Source: Candidatus Thorarchaeota archaeon
GTDB lineage: Archaea > Asgardarchaeota > Thorarchaeia > Thorarchaeales > Thorarchaeaceae
Direction of reading: 5' to 3'
Assembly: GCA_048884785.1 (NCBI GenBank)
Contig: JBHLQM010000045.1
Coordinates: 1 to 29,758, forward strand
DNA: 29,758 bases
In this document: in pieces, positions 1 to 8,780 of the stretch
Numbering within the stretch: the first letter of the stretch is position 1
Layout: each line of letters starts with the position of its first letter
Program-made: the position numbers and the translations under genes
Notes under the pieces: model-generated
Seen by the model: only the letters and a program-made list of their open reading frames with translations
The model's database searches: none
What the model was told of the DNA's origin: nothing

Positions 1-807
1 ATGACATCGTCACATGAATATGATGAAGGGGTTCTGAAAGCTGTTTCAAACCACACTAGACGGAGCATTCTTCGTAAAATAGCTGAAAGGGGAAAAGCTA
101 GCTATTCAGAGATAATGCAGATACTTGGCTTTGATCCGTTGGTCGATAGCGGCACATTCAATTACCATCTCAAGGAAATCGCAGAGGTAGGGCTTATTGA
201 GAGAGCTGAAAACGAGTACAGAATCACGGAGCTTGGCAAGAAGGTCATAATTCTTATGGACCAGATTAAACAGGATCCCAATGTGGATAGACATGGCGTG
301 CTATCAGCTGCCATTTCAATGACTCCCAGAGAGGAAGTGACTCTGCTAAAGAATCAGTTTGCACTAATGTCAGGAGTATTGCTTATCTTTGTGAGTTTCA
401 TTACTATGGTATTCTCAGTTGGTACACGTTCTCTCGTCTTCATCCCTGCATTCATAGCTTTCACGTTTGCTCTTGTTTTGCTAGTCGAATCCGGCGGCAA
501 TTTGAAACGCATAGCCCAAAGTTACAAGCTCGGTTTGTCTGTTCTACTTCTACTTTCTGAGGACTGGTTTCTTATTCGATCTTCCAATAGAGGCAATTTC
601 ATGGCGTTTTCGTTCTTTGGAATCATTTGTGAATTCACTACAATACTATACTTCTTCTTGGTTGCCAATGGCGAGATTCTATGGCTCTCTGGATTGGGGG
701 TTGCTCTACTTGCTGTTTCTATTTTCACTGCACCTTTTGCATTCATCCTAGCAGATTCCGCCATTAAGAAGGCTGAGGAGATGGAGATGATTGCCAATGG
801 TGGATAA
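1..807 (+). CDS. Membrane-tethered ArsR-like winged-HTH transcriptional regulator (N-terminal wHTH + about 4-5 TM helices)
   Basis: N-terminus LKAVSNHTRRSILRKI...SYSEIM...SGTFNYHLKEI...GLIE...YRITELG is a typical ArsR/HTH_20-type wHTH; the C-terminal half has several hydrophobic segments. Confidence 0.8.
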   Translation: MTSSHEYDEGVLKAVSNHTRRSILRKIAERGKASYSEIMQILGFDPLVDSGTFNYHLKEIAEVGLIERAENEYRITELGKKVIILMDQIKQDPNVDRHGVLSAAISMTPREEVTLLKNQFALMSGVLLIFVSFITMVFSVGTRSLVFIPAFIAFTFALVLLVESGGNLKRIAQSYKLGLSVLLLLSEDWFLIRSSNRGNFMAFSFFGIICEFTTILYFFLVANGEILWLSGLGVALLAVSIFTAPFAFILADSAIKKAEEMEMIANGG

Positions 808-997
808 TCAGGAAAAAGATGACGTACTTGATGGAATCCTGCTCGTTCTCTCTAAACCGATGACTAGGTGGATTCTTCAAATCCTCTTGGGAGTAGACCC
901 TATCAGAAATAGAGGCAGGTCCGCTGACTAAAACACCAGATTCCCCGGAGCGGTTTCTTATTATGCCCGTATTCCAGTGGTATGTAGGTACAGTACG

Positions 998-1981
998 ATG
1001 GAAATCCCAACATTCAAAGATGTACTTGCTGCACAACTTCGTATTCGCCCTTACCTAAAACCTACTCCTCTGATGACTTACCCTTCAATCAATGAACTGG
1101 TAGGCACTGAAGTGTTCATAAAACATGAGAATTGCCAACCCGTAGGAGCCTTCAAGGTCCGCGGGGGCATTAATTTAGTATCTCAACTCAGGGATGATGA
1201 GAAGAAGAGAGGAGTAATAACAGCATCAACCGGAAACCATGGGCAATCAATTGCCTATGCGGCGAGGATCTTTAAGGTAGATGCAACAGTTGTGATGCCC
1301 GAAAAATCTAATCCTGGTAAGGTTGCAGCCATGAAGGCTTTAGGCGCCAAAATCGTGTTCCATGGTGAGACCTTTGATGATGCAAGAATACATTGTGAGA
1401 AATTAGCGAAAGAGCATGGTATTCGCTATATTCATTCAGGTGATGAACCTCATCTAATTGCAGGGGTCGGAACTGGCCCTCTTGAAATGCTTCAGGAGGA
1501 GCCCGATATTGAAACCATCATTGTGCCCGTTGGCGGGGGAAGCGGTGCGGCTGGAGCCTGCATTGTTGCCAATTCCATTAATCCCGCTATCAAGGTCATT
1601 GGTGTTCAGTCTGAGGCCGCTCCTGCTGCTCATGATTCTTGGAAGCTGAGGAAACTTGTTGAACGACCCAATCGGACTTCTGTCGAAGGGCTATCTACAG
1701 GGAGCGGGTTTGATCTTCCGCAGAGAGTGCTAAGAGAGAGATTGAATGATTTCATACTGTTAAGTGAAGAGGAGATAATGAGGGCGGTTGTATGGATGAT
1801 AGAACGTGCCCATACTCTCGCAGAAGGAGCAGGAGCTGCACCTCTAGCTGCAGCCTATCGTATTCGAGATCGTTTGAAAAATAAGAAAGTCGGGCTCATC
1901 TGTTCTGGCGGTAATGAGTCGTTGGCAAAACTTCGGAAAGCCCTAGACTATGTTTCAGACCAAGAACGACAGCATTTCTAA
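998..1981 (+). CDS. PLP-dependent threonine/serine dehydratase (fold-type II, no ACT domain)
   Basis: GAFKVRG (PLP lysine), ASTGNHG, PVGGGSG phosphate loop and CSGGN. ATG 998 chosen over GTG 977 because the family-like sequence starts at MEIPT. Confidence 0.9.
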   Translation: MEIPTFKDVLAAQLRIRPYLKPTPLMTYPSINELVGTEVFIKHENCQPVGAFKVRGGINLVSQLRDDEKKRGVITASTGNHGQSIAYAARIFKVDATVVMPEKSNPGKVAAMKALGAKIVFHGETFDDARIHCEKLAKEHGIRYIHSGDEPHLIAGVGTGPLEMLQEEPDIETIIVPVGGGSGAAGACIVANSINPAIKVIGVQSEAAPAAHDSWKLRKLVERPNRTSVEGLSTGSGFDLPQRVLRERLNDFILLSEEEIMRAVVWMIERAHTLAEGAGAAPLAAAYRIRDRLKNKKVGLICSGGNESLAKLRKALDYVSDQERQHF

Positions 1982-2084
1982 TGCCAATTACCGGTATTTT
2001 TAGAGTGGAGGAGATTTCCAGCTGTTTTAACTAGTAGTATGTCGAAAGTATAGATAATCTAATTTCCAAGAGTTGTGGATTCTG

Positions 2085-2786
2085 ATGCGTGTACTGGGAG
2101 CCTTAATAGTGGGCATTATGCTCCTTAGTCTTTCTTGCAGTGTGGACCACGGGCAAGCTTTTGCAATCTCTCAATCAATGCAGCCAAATGCCTTATGGAT
2201 TGAGACATCAAAGTTGGCGATCTCAAGCTCGGATTCCATATTCAATGCGACTATTTGGATAAATGTGACTGAATCGACTTATGCATGGCAGACTAAAATT
2301 CACTTCAACACAACTTTTCTCAATATATCAGGAGCGGGTTATACCTATGGAAATAGAAGCGTATTCTTCTCCGAGTATACGCCTATATCTATCTCTCCGA
2401 TAATCAACTATGACGAGGGCTACATTATATTTGGAGAGAGTTTGCTTGAAAATGAACAGCGAGCACCTGGCCATGGAAGTCTGGCTTGGGTTGAATTCGA
2501 GCTGACTGATGTAGTATTTCAGACCAATTTCACACAAAACATCTCAATGCAATATGGAATTGATACATTTGTTCTGAATCCGCTTCTTGAAACGATTTCC
2601 TTCGATACAGTGCAAGGTGCAACGATCTCGCTACAATACTTTGTACCAACCACTACAACCACTCCTACTCCTCCCACCACAACTCCTATTCCAACAGAGA
2701 TGCTGATTATCGTAGTTGGCGTTTCGTTGGTGTTAGTTATTGGTATTATTGTATTAAGAAGAAGGAGGTTGAGAGTTAATGAATAA
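2085..2786 (+). CDS. Membrane-anchored cohesin-domain surface protein
   Basis: Signal peptide ending in AFA. Beta-sandwich with the archaeal cohesin pattern FNATIWIN..YAWQTKIHFN..FLNI...INYDEGYI.FGESLL....GHGSLAWVEF. Thr/Pro linker, C-terminal TM and RRRR tail; 7 N-x-S/T sequons. Alternative TTG start at 2073. Confidence 0.75.
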   Translation: MRVLGALIVGIMLLSLSCSVDHGQAFAISQSMQPNALWIETSKLAISSSDSIFNATIWINVTESTYAWQTKIHFNTTFLNISGAGYTYGNRSVFFSEYTPISISPIINYDEGYIIFGESLLENEQRAPGHGSLAWVEFELTDVVFQTNFTQNISMQYGIDTFVLNPLLETISFDTVQGATISLQYFVPTTTTTPTPPTTTPIPTEMLIIVVGVSLVLVIGIIVLRRRRLRVNE

Positions 2787-5529
2787 AGTCAGGGTCCAAT
2801 CTCTGCTCATTATGATGCTACTTATGGTAACAGCCATTCCATCAGCTTCTCTCCTTGCAATTCCGGAAGGCAATCAGAAACCAAGCGCATCAAGTGCGTC
2901 ACTCGATGGCATGGCCAAGGATCTTCTTATCATCCATGACCCAACGAAGTACGCCTTTTTTGGGTGGTACCGACCCACAGATTTCAGTACCACCATATTG
3001 GATCTTTTGAATAGAACTATTCTTTGGGCTTCAAGCCAATCTTTGCCCAATGAAACACGCATTGTCTTCTATGGTGATTCAAACAACACATATGCCGTGT
3101 TTGTACATGATTGGTTAGTAGGTGGGGGCTATCTTACTGAGAATATCTTGAACCAAACCTCTGCGAATATTGAGGAGTTCTCTCCCAGTTACTACGATGA
3201 TATTGATTTAGTCATCTATTGGAATACATTTGCCTATGATCCAACTAACGTAATCGACGCAGGCGTTCCCTTCATCACTGTTTCTGCACTACAGACTGAT
3301 GAAATGGGGATAGGTAGCGGTGTTGTAACTGATAGCTCTCTCAATGAAACATTCTACATTGTGAATAATGGGTACTATCCAACAGAGTCCTATCCTCTTG
3401 GATCTGTATTTTTTGATGATTCATATCGTTATGAAACAACTGAGGCATCTCCCATCGGAAGGGTTCTGGTCAAGGCACAGGTTCCTACTGAAATCACAAA
3501 AATTGAGATGTCTACTATAGAGAATGTGACCATCAACGGGGATGGTAGTGCAGACATAAATTTCACAATTACCATTCCTGAATCTCCGCTAGCTGAAGCT
3601 CTTCGTGAAGCCTTCTTCTCAGATACATCTTCTCTGCAAGAGAATGTGCAATATGATGTTCCCCAAAACAAGACAATCTCTTACACATCTGCTCCCGAAC
3701 AGGCAATCAAAGATGTGACCTTACTGGGAGATGTGACTGGTGATGGTCAGGTTGACATGTCCGACTTGGAGCTGATTTCTGACCATGTAGACAACGCAAT
3801 CGGTGATTCAGGTTTCAACTCTTCTCTGGATCTCAATTGGGATGGCAGGATTGACATGAAGGATGTTGCCATTGCAGCTCGGAATCATGGAAAGACTATC
3901 AGCAACACTGGAAGTTTGAATGTCGGTGGCTATTATAATGGGGAGCTAGTCAACTGCACCGATGTTTTCTATACAGGTCCTGAGGAGTCATTGCCAATTA
4001 ACATGTCTGCAGTGGGGTATGTATGGTATTGCCTTCTACCTGGAGAATACAAAATAAATGGTACTTACAACAGTCTCAAGAGGAGTACAAATATTACTGT
4101 CGTGGCTGGGAAAGTGGCATATGCACAGCTGGATTTTGGAGGAATTGCTCCTCCGGCAGCCCAGTCTGAGGTTGAGCCTGTCAGAGAAGGATATCATCAA
4201 GGCATTGTTATGGAGCAATTGATACTACTAGGCTTTGATATGAACATAACCGATTCTAAAATTGTCGCCTATAGTACCTCCAATATCACAACTATCACAT
4301 TGACGGCATCCTCATCCCATCTTTCTGATCTCATTAGTTCTCCGAATTGGCAGATTCGAGTAGGACCTACAACAGACAATTTGACATCAATAGCGGCAGA
4401 ATTCATCTTCACCAAGATACAGTATATGATGCTACTACTGCAATCAATCCCTGGCGACCAGATTTACAAGACATCATGGCAAATAGGATTTGACTTGCCC
4501 GCTGGAAGTACTCTTCTAGATGAAGGAGTACTTGATGCACTAGAGTGGACAATTGACTTTGGTGAAGGAACCTTCATGCAAGCCAACGTAAGTGTGAGCT
4601 TAGGAAGAGTAATTATCAATGAAACAATGGTTGTGACTGAACATAATATTACTGCAACTGAAGCATACCTGATAGCAGCCCTTGGCAACTACCGGAAGTT
4701 CGCAATTAACTACACCTATTCCGGAACACCTCCTGCAGCAGCGAAAACCACTCCCAAACTGAGTAGCGATTGGTCAAAGAAATGGACATACACAATCACT
4801 CCCGGTGTTTACGAGAAGACAATCAGTTTTGGTCCATTGGGAATCACAATCAAAGCTAGTCCGAAACTTGAGACTGAATGGTACATGGGTTGGGAGCGGA
4901 AATGGACTTGGTCGGGCTACAAGCTTGACTGGTTTGAGAGCTGGATGAAGATTACTCCATCGATAAGAGTTGAAGCCACCGCAACAGCCACTATTCAGTA
5001 TAGTAAGACTTGGTCCTATACCTTTTGGACATGGTCGACCCGATTTACATTCTGGATTGGTGCAGTTGTAGTCTGGGCCAACCTGAAGCTTCAGATTACA
5101 GGTAGCATCACACTGGATGCGTATGGTCAGATTTCAATCTCAACTTGGGCGGAAGCCTATGCATGGTATAAGGCAGGAGTCCGATGGGACGATGGCTGGA
5201 GTACTATTTGGGACCATGGTTCAGGGGCGAAAAGGGGGGATCCTGTCATATCAGGATCAGCAGGTCTAACAGTGACACCTGCTGCCGCCTGCCGTCTGTC
5301 TTTCCTGCTTTATGACGTGGGAGGTCCCTTTGTAGAAGCCAAACCCTATGCACCAATTTCGATTGTCTACTATACTAGTCAACCAAATACATGGTCAATT
5401 AGTCTAAAACTAAAGATCTCGGTTGGAGTTACTCTCGCTGGTTGGCTGAAGAAGCTACTCAATCTGAATGAATACTCAAAAACAGTTGCTGATTTCCTCC
5501 TGAAGTCGTGGTCAGGCACTTGGCCCTGA
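2779..5529 (+). CDS. Secreted multidomain protein with an internal dockerin domain and a Trp-rich beta C-terminal domain
   Basis: N-terminal signal peptide. Duplicated Ca-binding loop-helix GDVTGDGQVDMSDL...DLNWDGRIDMKDVAIAARNHG (nt 3727-3891), followed by an Ig/PEGA-like segment (PGEYKING...NITVVAGK). No C-terminal TM. Overlaps the upstream gene by 8 nt (ATGAATAA). Confidence 0.8.
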   Translation: MNKVRVQSLLIMMLLMVTAIPSASLLAIPEGNQKPSASSASLDGMAKDLLIIHDPTKYAFFGWYRPTDFSTTILDLLNRTILWASSQSLPNETRIVFYGDSNNTYAVFVHDWLVGGGYLTENILNQTSANIEEFSPSYYDDIDLVIYWNTFAYDPTNVIDAGVPFITVSALQTDEMGIGSGVVTDSSLNETFYIVNNGYYPTESYPLGSVFFDDSYRYETTEASPIGRVLVKAQVPTEITKIEMSTIENVTINGDGSADINFTITIPESPLAEALREAFFSDTSSLQENVQYDVPQNKTISYTSAPEQAIKDVTLLGDVTGDGQVDMSDLELISDHVDNAIGDSGFNSSLDLNWDGRIDMKDVAIAARNHGKTISNTGSLNVGGYYNGELVNCTDVFYTGPEESLPINMSAVGYVWYCLLPGEYKINGTYNSLKRSTNITVVAGKVAYAQLDFGGIAPPAAQSEVEPVREGYHQGIVMEQLILLGFDMNITDSKIVAYSTSNITTITLTASSSHLSDLISSPNWQIRVGPTTDNLTSIAAEFIFTKIQYMMLLLQSIPGDQIYKTSWQIGFDLPAGSTLLDEGVLDALEWTIDFGEGTFMQANVSVSLGRVIINETMVVTEHNITATEAYLIAALGNYRKFAINYTYSGTPPAAAKTTPKLSSDWSKKWTYTITPGVYEKTISFGPLGITIKASPKLETEWYMGWERKWTWSGYKLDWFESWMKITPSIRVEATATATIQYSKTWSYTFWTWSTRFTFWIGAVVVWANLKLQITGSITLDAYGQISISTWAEAYAWYKAGVRWDDGWSTIWDHGSGAKRGDPVISGSAGLTVTPAAACRLSFLLYDVGGPFVEAKPYAPISIVYYTSQPNTWSISLKLKISVGVTLAGWLKKLLNLNEYSKTVADFLLKSWSGTWP

Positions 5530-5624
5530 TGAATACTGAAATCGATGGAAGACAGCGTTAGAATAAGAATCAAAAACCCCATCAATCCAATAATGCACAT
5601 CGCTAATTACGAGTGTAGAAAACA

Positions 5625-6422
5625 TTGGAGAAAAATCTTGGCTACCGTAAAGAGGCAGTACCAAAGTCACGTAAGCTTATCATCGAGAGCTGTGAATATG
5701 CGCTGAAAAAACATCGAATGATAGGCCTTTTCGAGGCAGATGTAACTGATGCGCGCTTTGGACTTCATAGGCATGAGGAAAAAACGGGTGAGGCGTTATC
5801 CTTTACAGGTTGGATTGCTGCATGCGTAGGGAAGGCAGTAGGAGAACACAAGCAAGTGCATGCCATTAAGAAGGGAAAGCACTTTGTGATATTCGATGAT
5901 GTGAACATCGCCATTCTCATTGAGACTGAAATTGAGGGAAAGGCATTTCCTATTACTTACATCTTGGAAGCCGCAAACAAAAAGACAGTCAGTGAGATTA
6001 ACCTCGAGATTCGTGAAGCCCAGAAAAAGAGGGAAGATGATTATACAAAAGGTAAAGAGAACAGAGGTCTTAGTATCCTTTTGTCCAGTCCCAAATTCCT
6101 GCGGGACCTTCTCTTCTGGCGAAAGGCACGGAAGGATCCGCTGTTCATCAAGGAGAAAATGGGGACAGTCACCGTAACATCGATTGGTATGTTTGCTAGG
6201 TCTGGTGGTTGGGCAATTCCTCTAGGCATGCATGCGCTGAGCATTGCGGTTGGGGGGATTTCTGAAAGGCCTGGATTCGTTAAAGACCGAGTAGAGAGGA
6301 GAGAATACCTTCCCTTAACTGTCACCCTTGACCACGATGTCGTTGATGGGGCACCAGCAACTCGGTTCGTGTCCAGACTTGTTGAGCTTCTGGAAGAAGG
6401 CTATGGACTTCCATCTATATGA
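5625..6422 (+). CDS. Stand-alone 2-oxoacid dehydrogenase E2-type acyltransferase catalytic domain protein
   Basis: GTVTVTSIGMF and LTVTLDHDVVDGAPATRF (the DHxxxDG catalytic motif); no lipoyl or peripheral subunit-binding domain; TTG start. Confidence 0.85.
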   Translation: MEKNLGYRKEAVPKSRKLIIESCEYALKKHRMIGLFEADVTDARFGLHRHEEKTGEALSFTGWIAACVGKAVGEHKQVHAIKKGKHFVIFDDVNIAILIETEIEGKAFPITYILEAANKKTVSEINLEIREAQKKREDDYTKGKENRGLSILLSSPKFLRDLLFWRKARKDPLFIKEKMGTVTVTSIGMFARSGGWAIPLGMHALSIAVGGISERPGFVKDRVERREYLPLTVTLDHDVVDGAPATRFVSRLVELLEEGYGLPSI

Positions 6423-7498
6423 TTTAGCAAAACAGAACCGCGAGTTTCTTGCACTGATTTAATCACTTCGAGAGCCTTGAGAGTGATCCACTTGCTGGGC
6501 TTGTTCTTTTGCTCAAGATTAGTCTGCATCCTCCCTACTGGTGAACTCTCGAGTACCCATGTCCCTCTGTGCTGTTTCTTTATCAAGACCTCTAATGCTT
6601 GGTCTATCCGTCTATCATCTCCATACCCGGATTTGCAGATGACGGATAGGCCTCGCAGAATATCGTAGAAGAACTGTGGGAATCCCATCGTCAGCCATGA
6701 TTCATTGATGACTCTGAAATCATGATGATCTGACCTGAACAGATGATGCATTAACAGAAACTCGATACCTGATTCCATGGACTTGGTCATACCTGCTGTA
6801 CGATTTTGTGAGGGAATTTCAGAAAACGCATCGAGTGGGGTGATTGTCCCCATGAAGCAGCCATGCTTATCCTTAGCATGTGCATTCCAATAGGGGCAAA
6901 GCCATCCACCATCCTCGTTCTGAACACGCATAAGCCAATCCAATGCTCTCTTTACGCGTTTGTCAGCTGAATAGCCCAGTCTTATGAGAGCCAAGCACAT
7001 GTTTCCAGTGAGACATGTGAGCTGGGAATCATGAACTTGCTTCTGAATCCAATCTTTGGCGGGAGGCATCTCGCGTCCCTTTTTCTTCATTCTTTCCTTT
7101 CTATGGTGGTATTCTCTCAGAGCACCCTCCTCCCCATACTCTGTAAAACCGCCTTCGGGATGCTGGAATTTGAAGACATGCTCTACAGCTTTCTTCACAT
7201 TGGGATTGGATTTATCCAGACCCAGCATTCCTAGAATCATGACTTGCCAGTAAGAGGATTTGTACTTTGGGAGGTAGGGCTCTGCTGAAGACTCCCAGAA
7301 TCCCTCTGGATTCTGTTTTGATAATATTCTGATTATCCTCGAATCCGAGTTTATCGATTTCTTGGCTTCAACAACATCGGAGTCCTTTTGGGAATATCCA
7401 AGAAGACTGAGTAGCGTATAGTATCGCACTGGCGAATTATTTCTCTCCAACAGCCAAGGAATGGCGCTTGCATTCGAGATGCCTGTCCAATCACTCAT
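6401..7498 (-). CDS. Prenyltransferase/squalene-cyclase-like (alpha/alpha toroid) repeat protein
   Basis: QW-type repeats QNPEGFW, QHPEGGF, QNEDGGW and QHRGTW, plus KPSKWIT at the C-terminus. ATG 7498 preferred. Overlaps the convergent E2-like gene by 22 nt. Confidence 0.75.
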   Translation of the reverse strand: MSDWTGISNASAIPWLLERNNSPVRYYTLLSLLGYSQKDSDVVEAKKSINSDSRIIRILSKQNPEGFWESSAEPYLPKYKSSYWQVMILGMLGLDKSNPNVKKAVEHVFKFQHPEGGFTEYGEEGALREYHHRKERMKKKGREMPPAKDWIQKQVHDSQLTCLTGNMCLALIRLGYSADKRVKRALDWLMRVQNEDGGWLCPYWNAHAKDKHGCFMGTITPLDAFSEIPSQNRTAGMTKSMESGIEFLLMHHLFRSDHHDFRVINESWLTMGFPQFFYDILRGLSVICKSGYGDDRRIDQALEVLIKKQHRGTWVLESSPVGRMQTNLEQKNKPSKWITLKALEVIKSVQETRGSVLLNHIDGSP

Positions 7499-7585
7499 AT
7501 ACGATGACCATAATGATATCGTCAGCTGCGCTATTAAGCAGTTCCCGACGTTCAATACTGGCATATTAAAAAGAACAATTCCGGT

Positions 7586-8668
7586 TTACCAAAACCGAAT
7601 TCCAAGATTGTATCCGCACTTGCTACAGCTGCCTGTTTCGTCTGTCGCAACATTCCTCGAGCTATGTCTGGCACGCTCAAAACAAAGAACGCCGCAGTTT
7701 GGACAGACTGTGTCTTCAAACCCTCGCATACCAACATTTCCGATATAACAGAACTCAAGTCCTTTGCTCCTCGCTAGATCCTTTGCTTTTGTCAGTTTAT
7801 CAAGAGGTGTCGCTGGTTTGTCATATTCGTAGGCAGGGTAGTATCTATTCACATGCCACGGAGTCTTTGGTCCTGTGGCTTCAAGTATCCATTCTGCCAG
7901 GGTTTCCAGACACTCCAAATCATCACTGAGTCCCGGAACAACTAGTGTTGTGAGTTCAACATGAACCCCGCGCTCAACCATGTGAGTAATGTTATGCAAG
8001 ACAGGCTCAAGCGAGATTCCACATATCTTCCTGACTTTGGGTTCACAGCCTTTTAGATCAACATTTGCGGCATCGAGGCCGGCATCAATCATAAGGTCAA
8101 GTGCCTCGGTTGTCATGTAGCCATTCGTTACAATTGTGTTATACAATCCTGCTGCCCTCGCCAACCTGAACACATCGAGATTCCACTCAAGCATTAGGGT
8201 AGCAGCCTCACTAAAGGAGATTGAAGTTCCTTCGCTCCCTCTCTTCTGTGCCCTCCTAGCAAACTCCTCGGGGCTCATGTAGCGTGCTAGTTCAGGAGTA
8301 GGTTTCTTTTTGGAGATATCAAAATTCTGACAAAAAGGGCAGGACGCATTGCAGCCCCAACTTCCTACTGTGAGCGCCATTGTGCCTGGAGCAAAGTGAA
8401 AGAGTGGCTTCTTCTCAATAGGATTATTGCTGATTGAGGAAACATTTCCATAAACTAATGTCTTTACAGACCCTCCTATGTTCATCCTTGTGCCGCACAC
8501 TCCGAGCTTCTGTTCATGAATGAGGCATTTGTGGGAACATGTAAGACATCGGGCTGTATTGCCCTCCCTTTTCTGAAGTGCACCTTCACGAACCACCCTC
8601 TTATCGAATTGGTCAACCTTTGCTTTCCTCAAAACTGTCTTTTCCTCGATTGTCGCTATTATGGTCAA
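7586..8668 (-). CDS. amrS: AmmeMemoRadiSam system radical SAM enzyme
   Basis: N-terminal CxxCxHxC..GxCGTR, PIEKKPLFHF signature, radical SAM CNASCPFC, YIGNV and C-terminal CPNCG/CSKCG. Confidence 0.9.
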   Translation of the reverse strand: MTIIATIEEKTVLRKAKVDQFDKRVVREGALQKREGNTARCLTCSHKCLIHEQKLGVCGTRMNIGGSVKTLVYGNVSSISNNPIEKKPLFHFAPGTMALTVGSWGCNASCPFCQNFDISKKKPTPELARYMSPEEFARRAQKRGSEGTSISFSEAATLMLEWNLDVFRLARAAGLYNTIVTNGYMTTEALDLMIDAGLDAANVDLKGCEPKVRKICGISLEPVLHNITHMVERGVHVELTTLVVPGLSDDLECLETLAEWILEATGPKTPWHVNRYYPAYEYDKPATPLDKLTKAKDLARSKGLEFCYIGNVGMRGFEDTVCPNCGVLCFERARHSSRNVATDETGSCSKCGYNLGIRFW

Positions 8669-8674
8669 TATGCA

Positions 8675-8731
8675 AAAGGGAATCCCTTTCTTTTGAATTC
8701 TGAGTTAAGAAAAGATTAGTAAAATCCCTTT
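8675..8731. promoter_or_regulatory. Candidate operator between the divergent amrS and wHTH genes
   Basis: Perfect palindrome AAAGGGA-a-TCCCTTT (8675-8689), plus a repeat of AATCCCTTT at 8723-8731, 42 bp away. Confidence 0.4.
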
Positions 8732-8780
8732 GACTGAGCATATTATATTCTGATAATGCTACTAGGAACCTGTGGTAAAA

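Noticed and set aside
2650-2690. ACT/CCT/ACC low-complexity repeats (also 27360-27440)
   Set aside because: They encode Thr/Pro stalks of surface proteins; not CRISPR or a mobile repeat.
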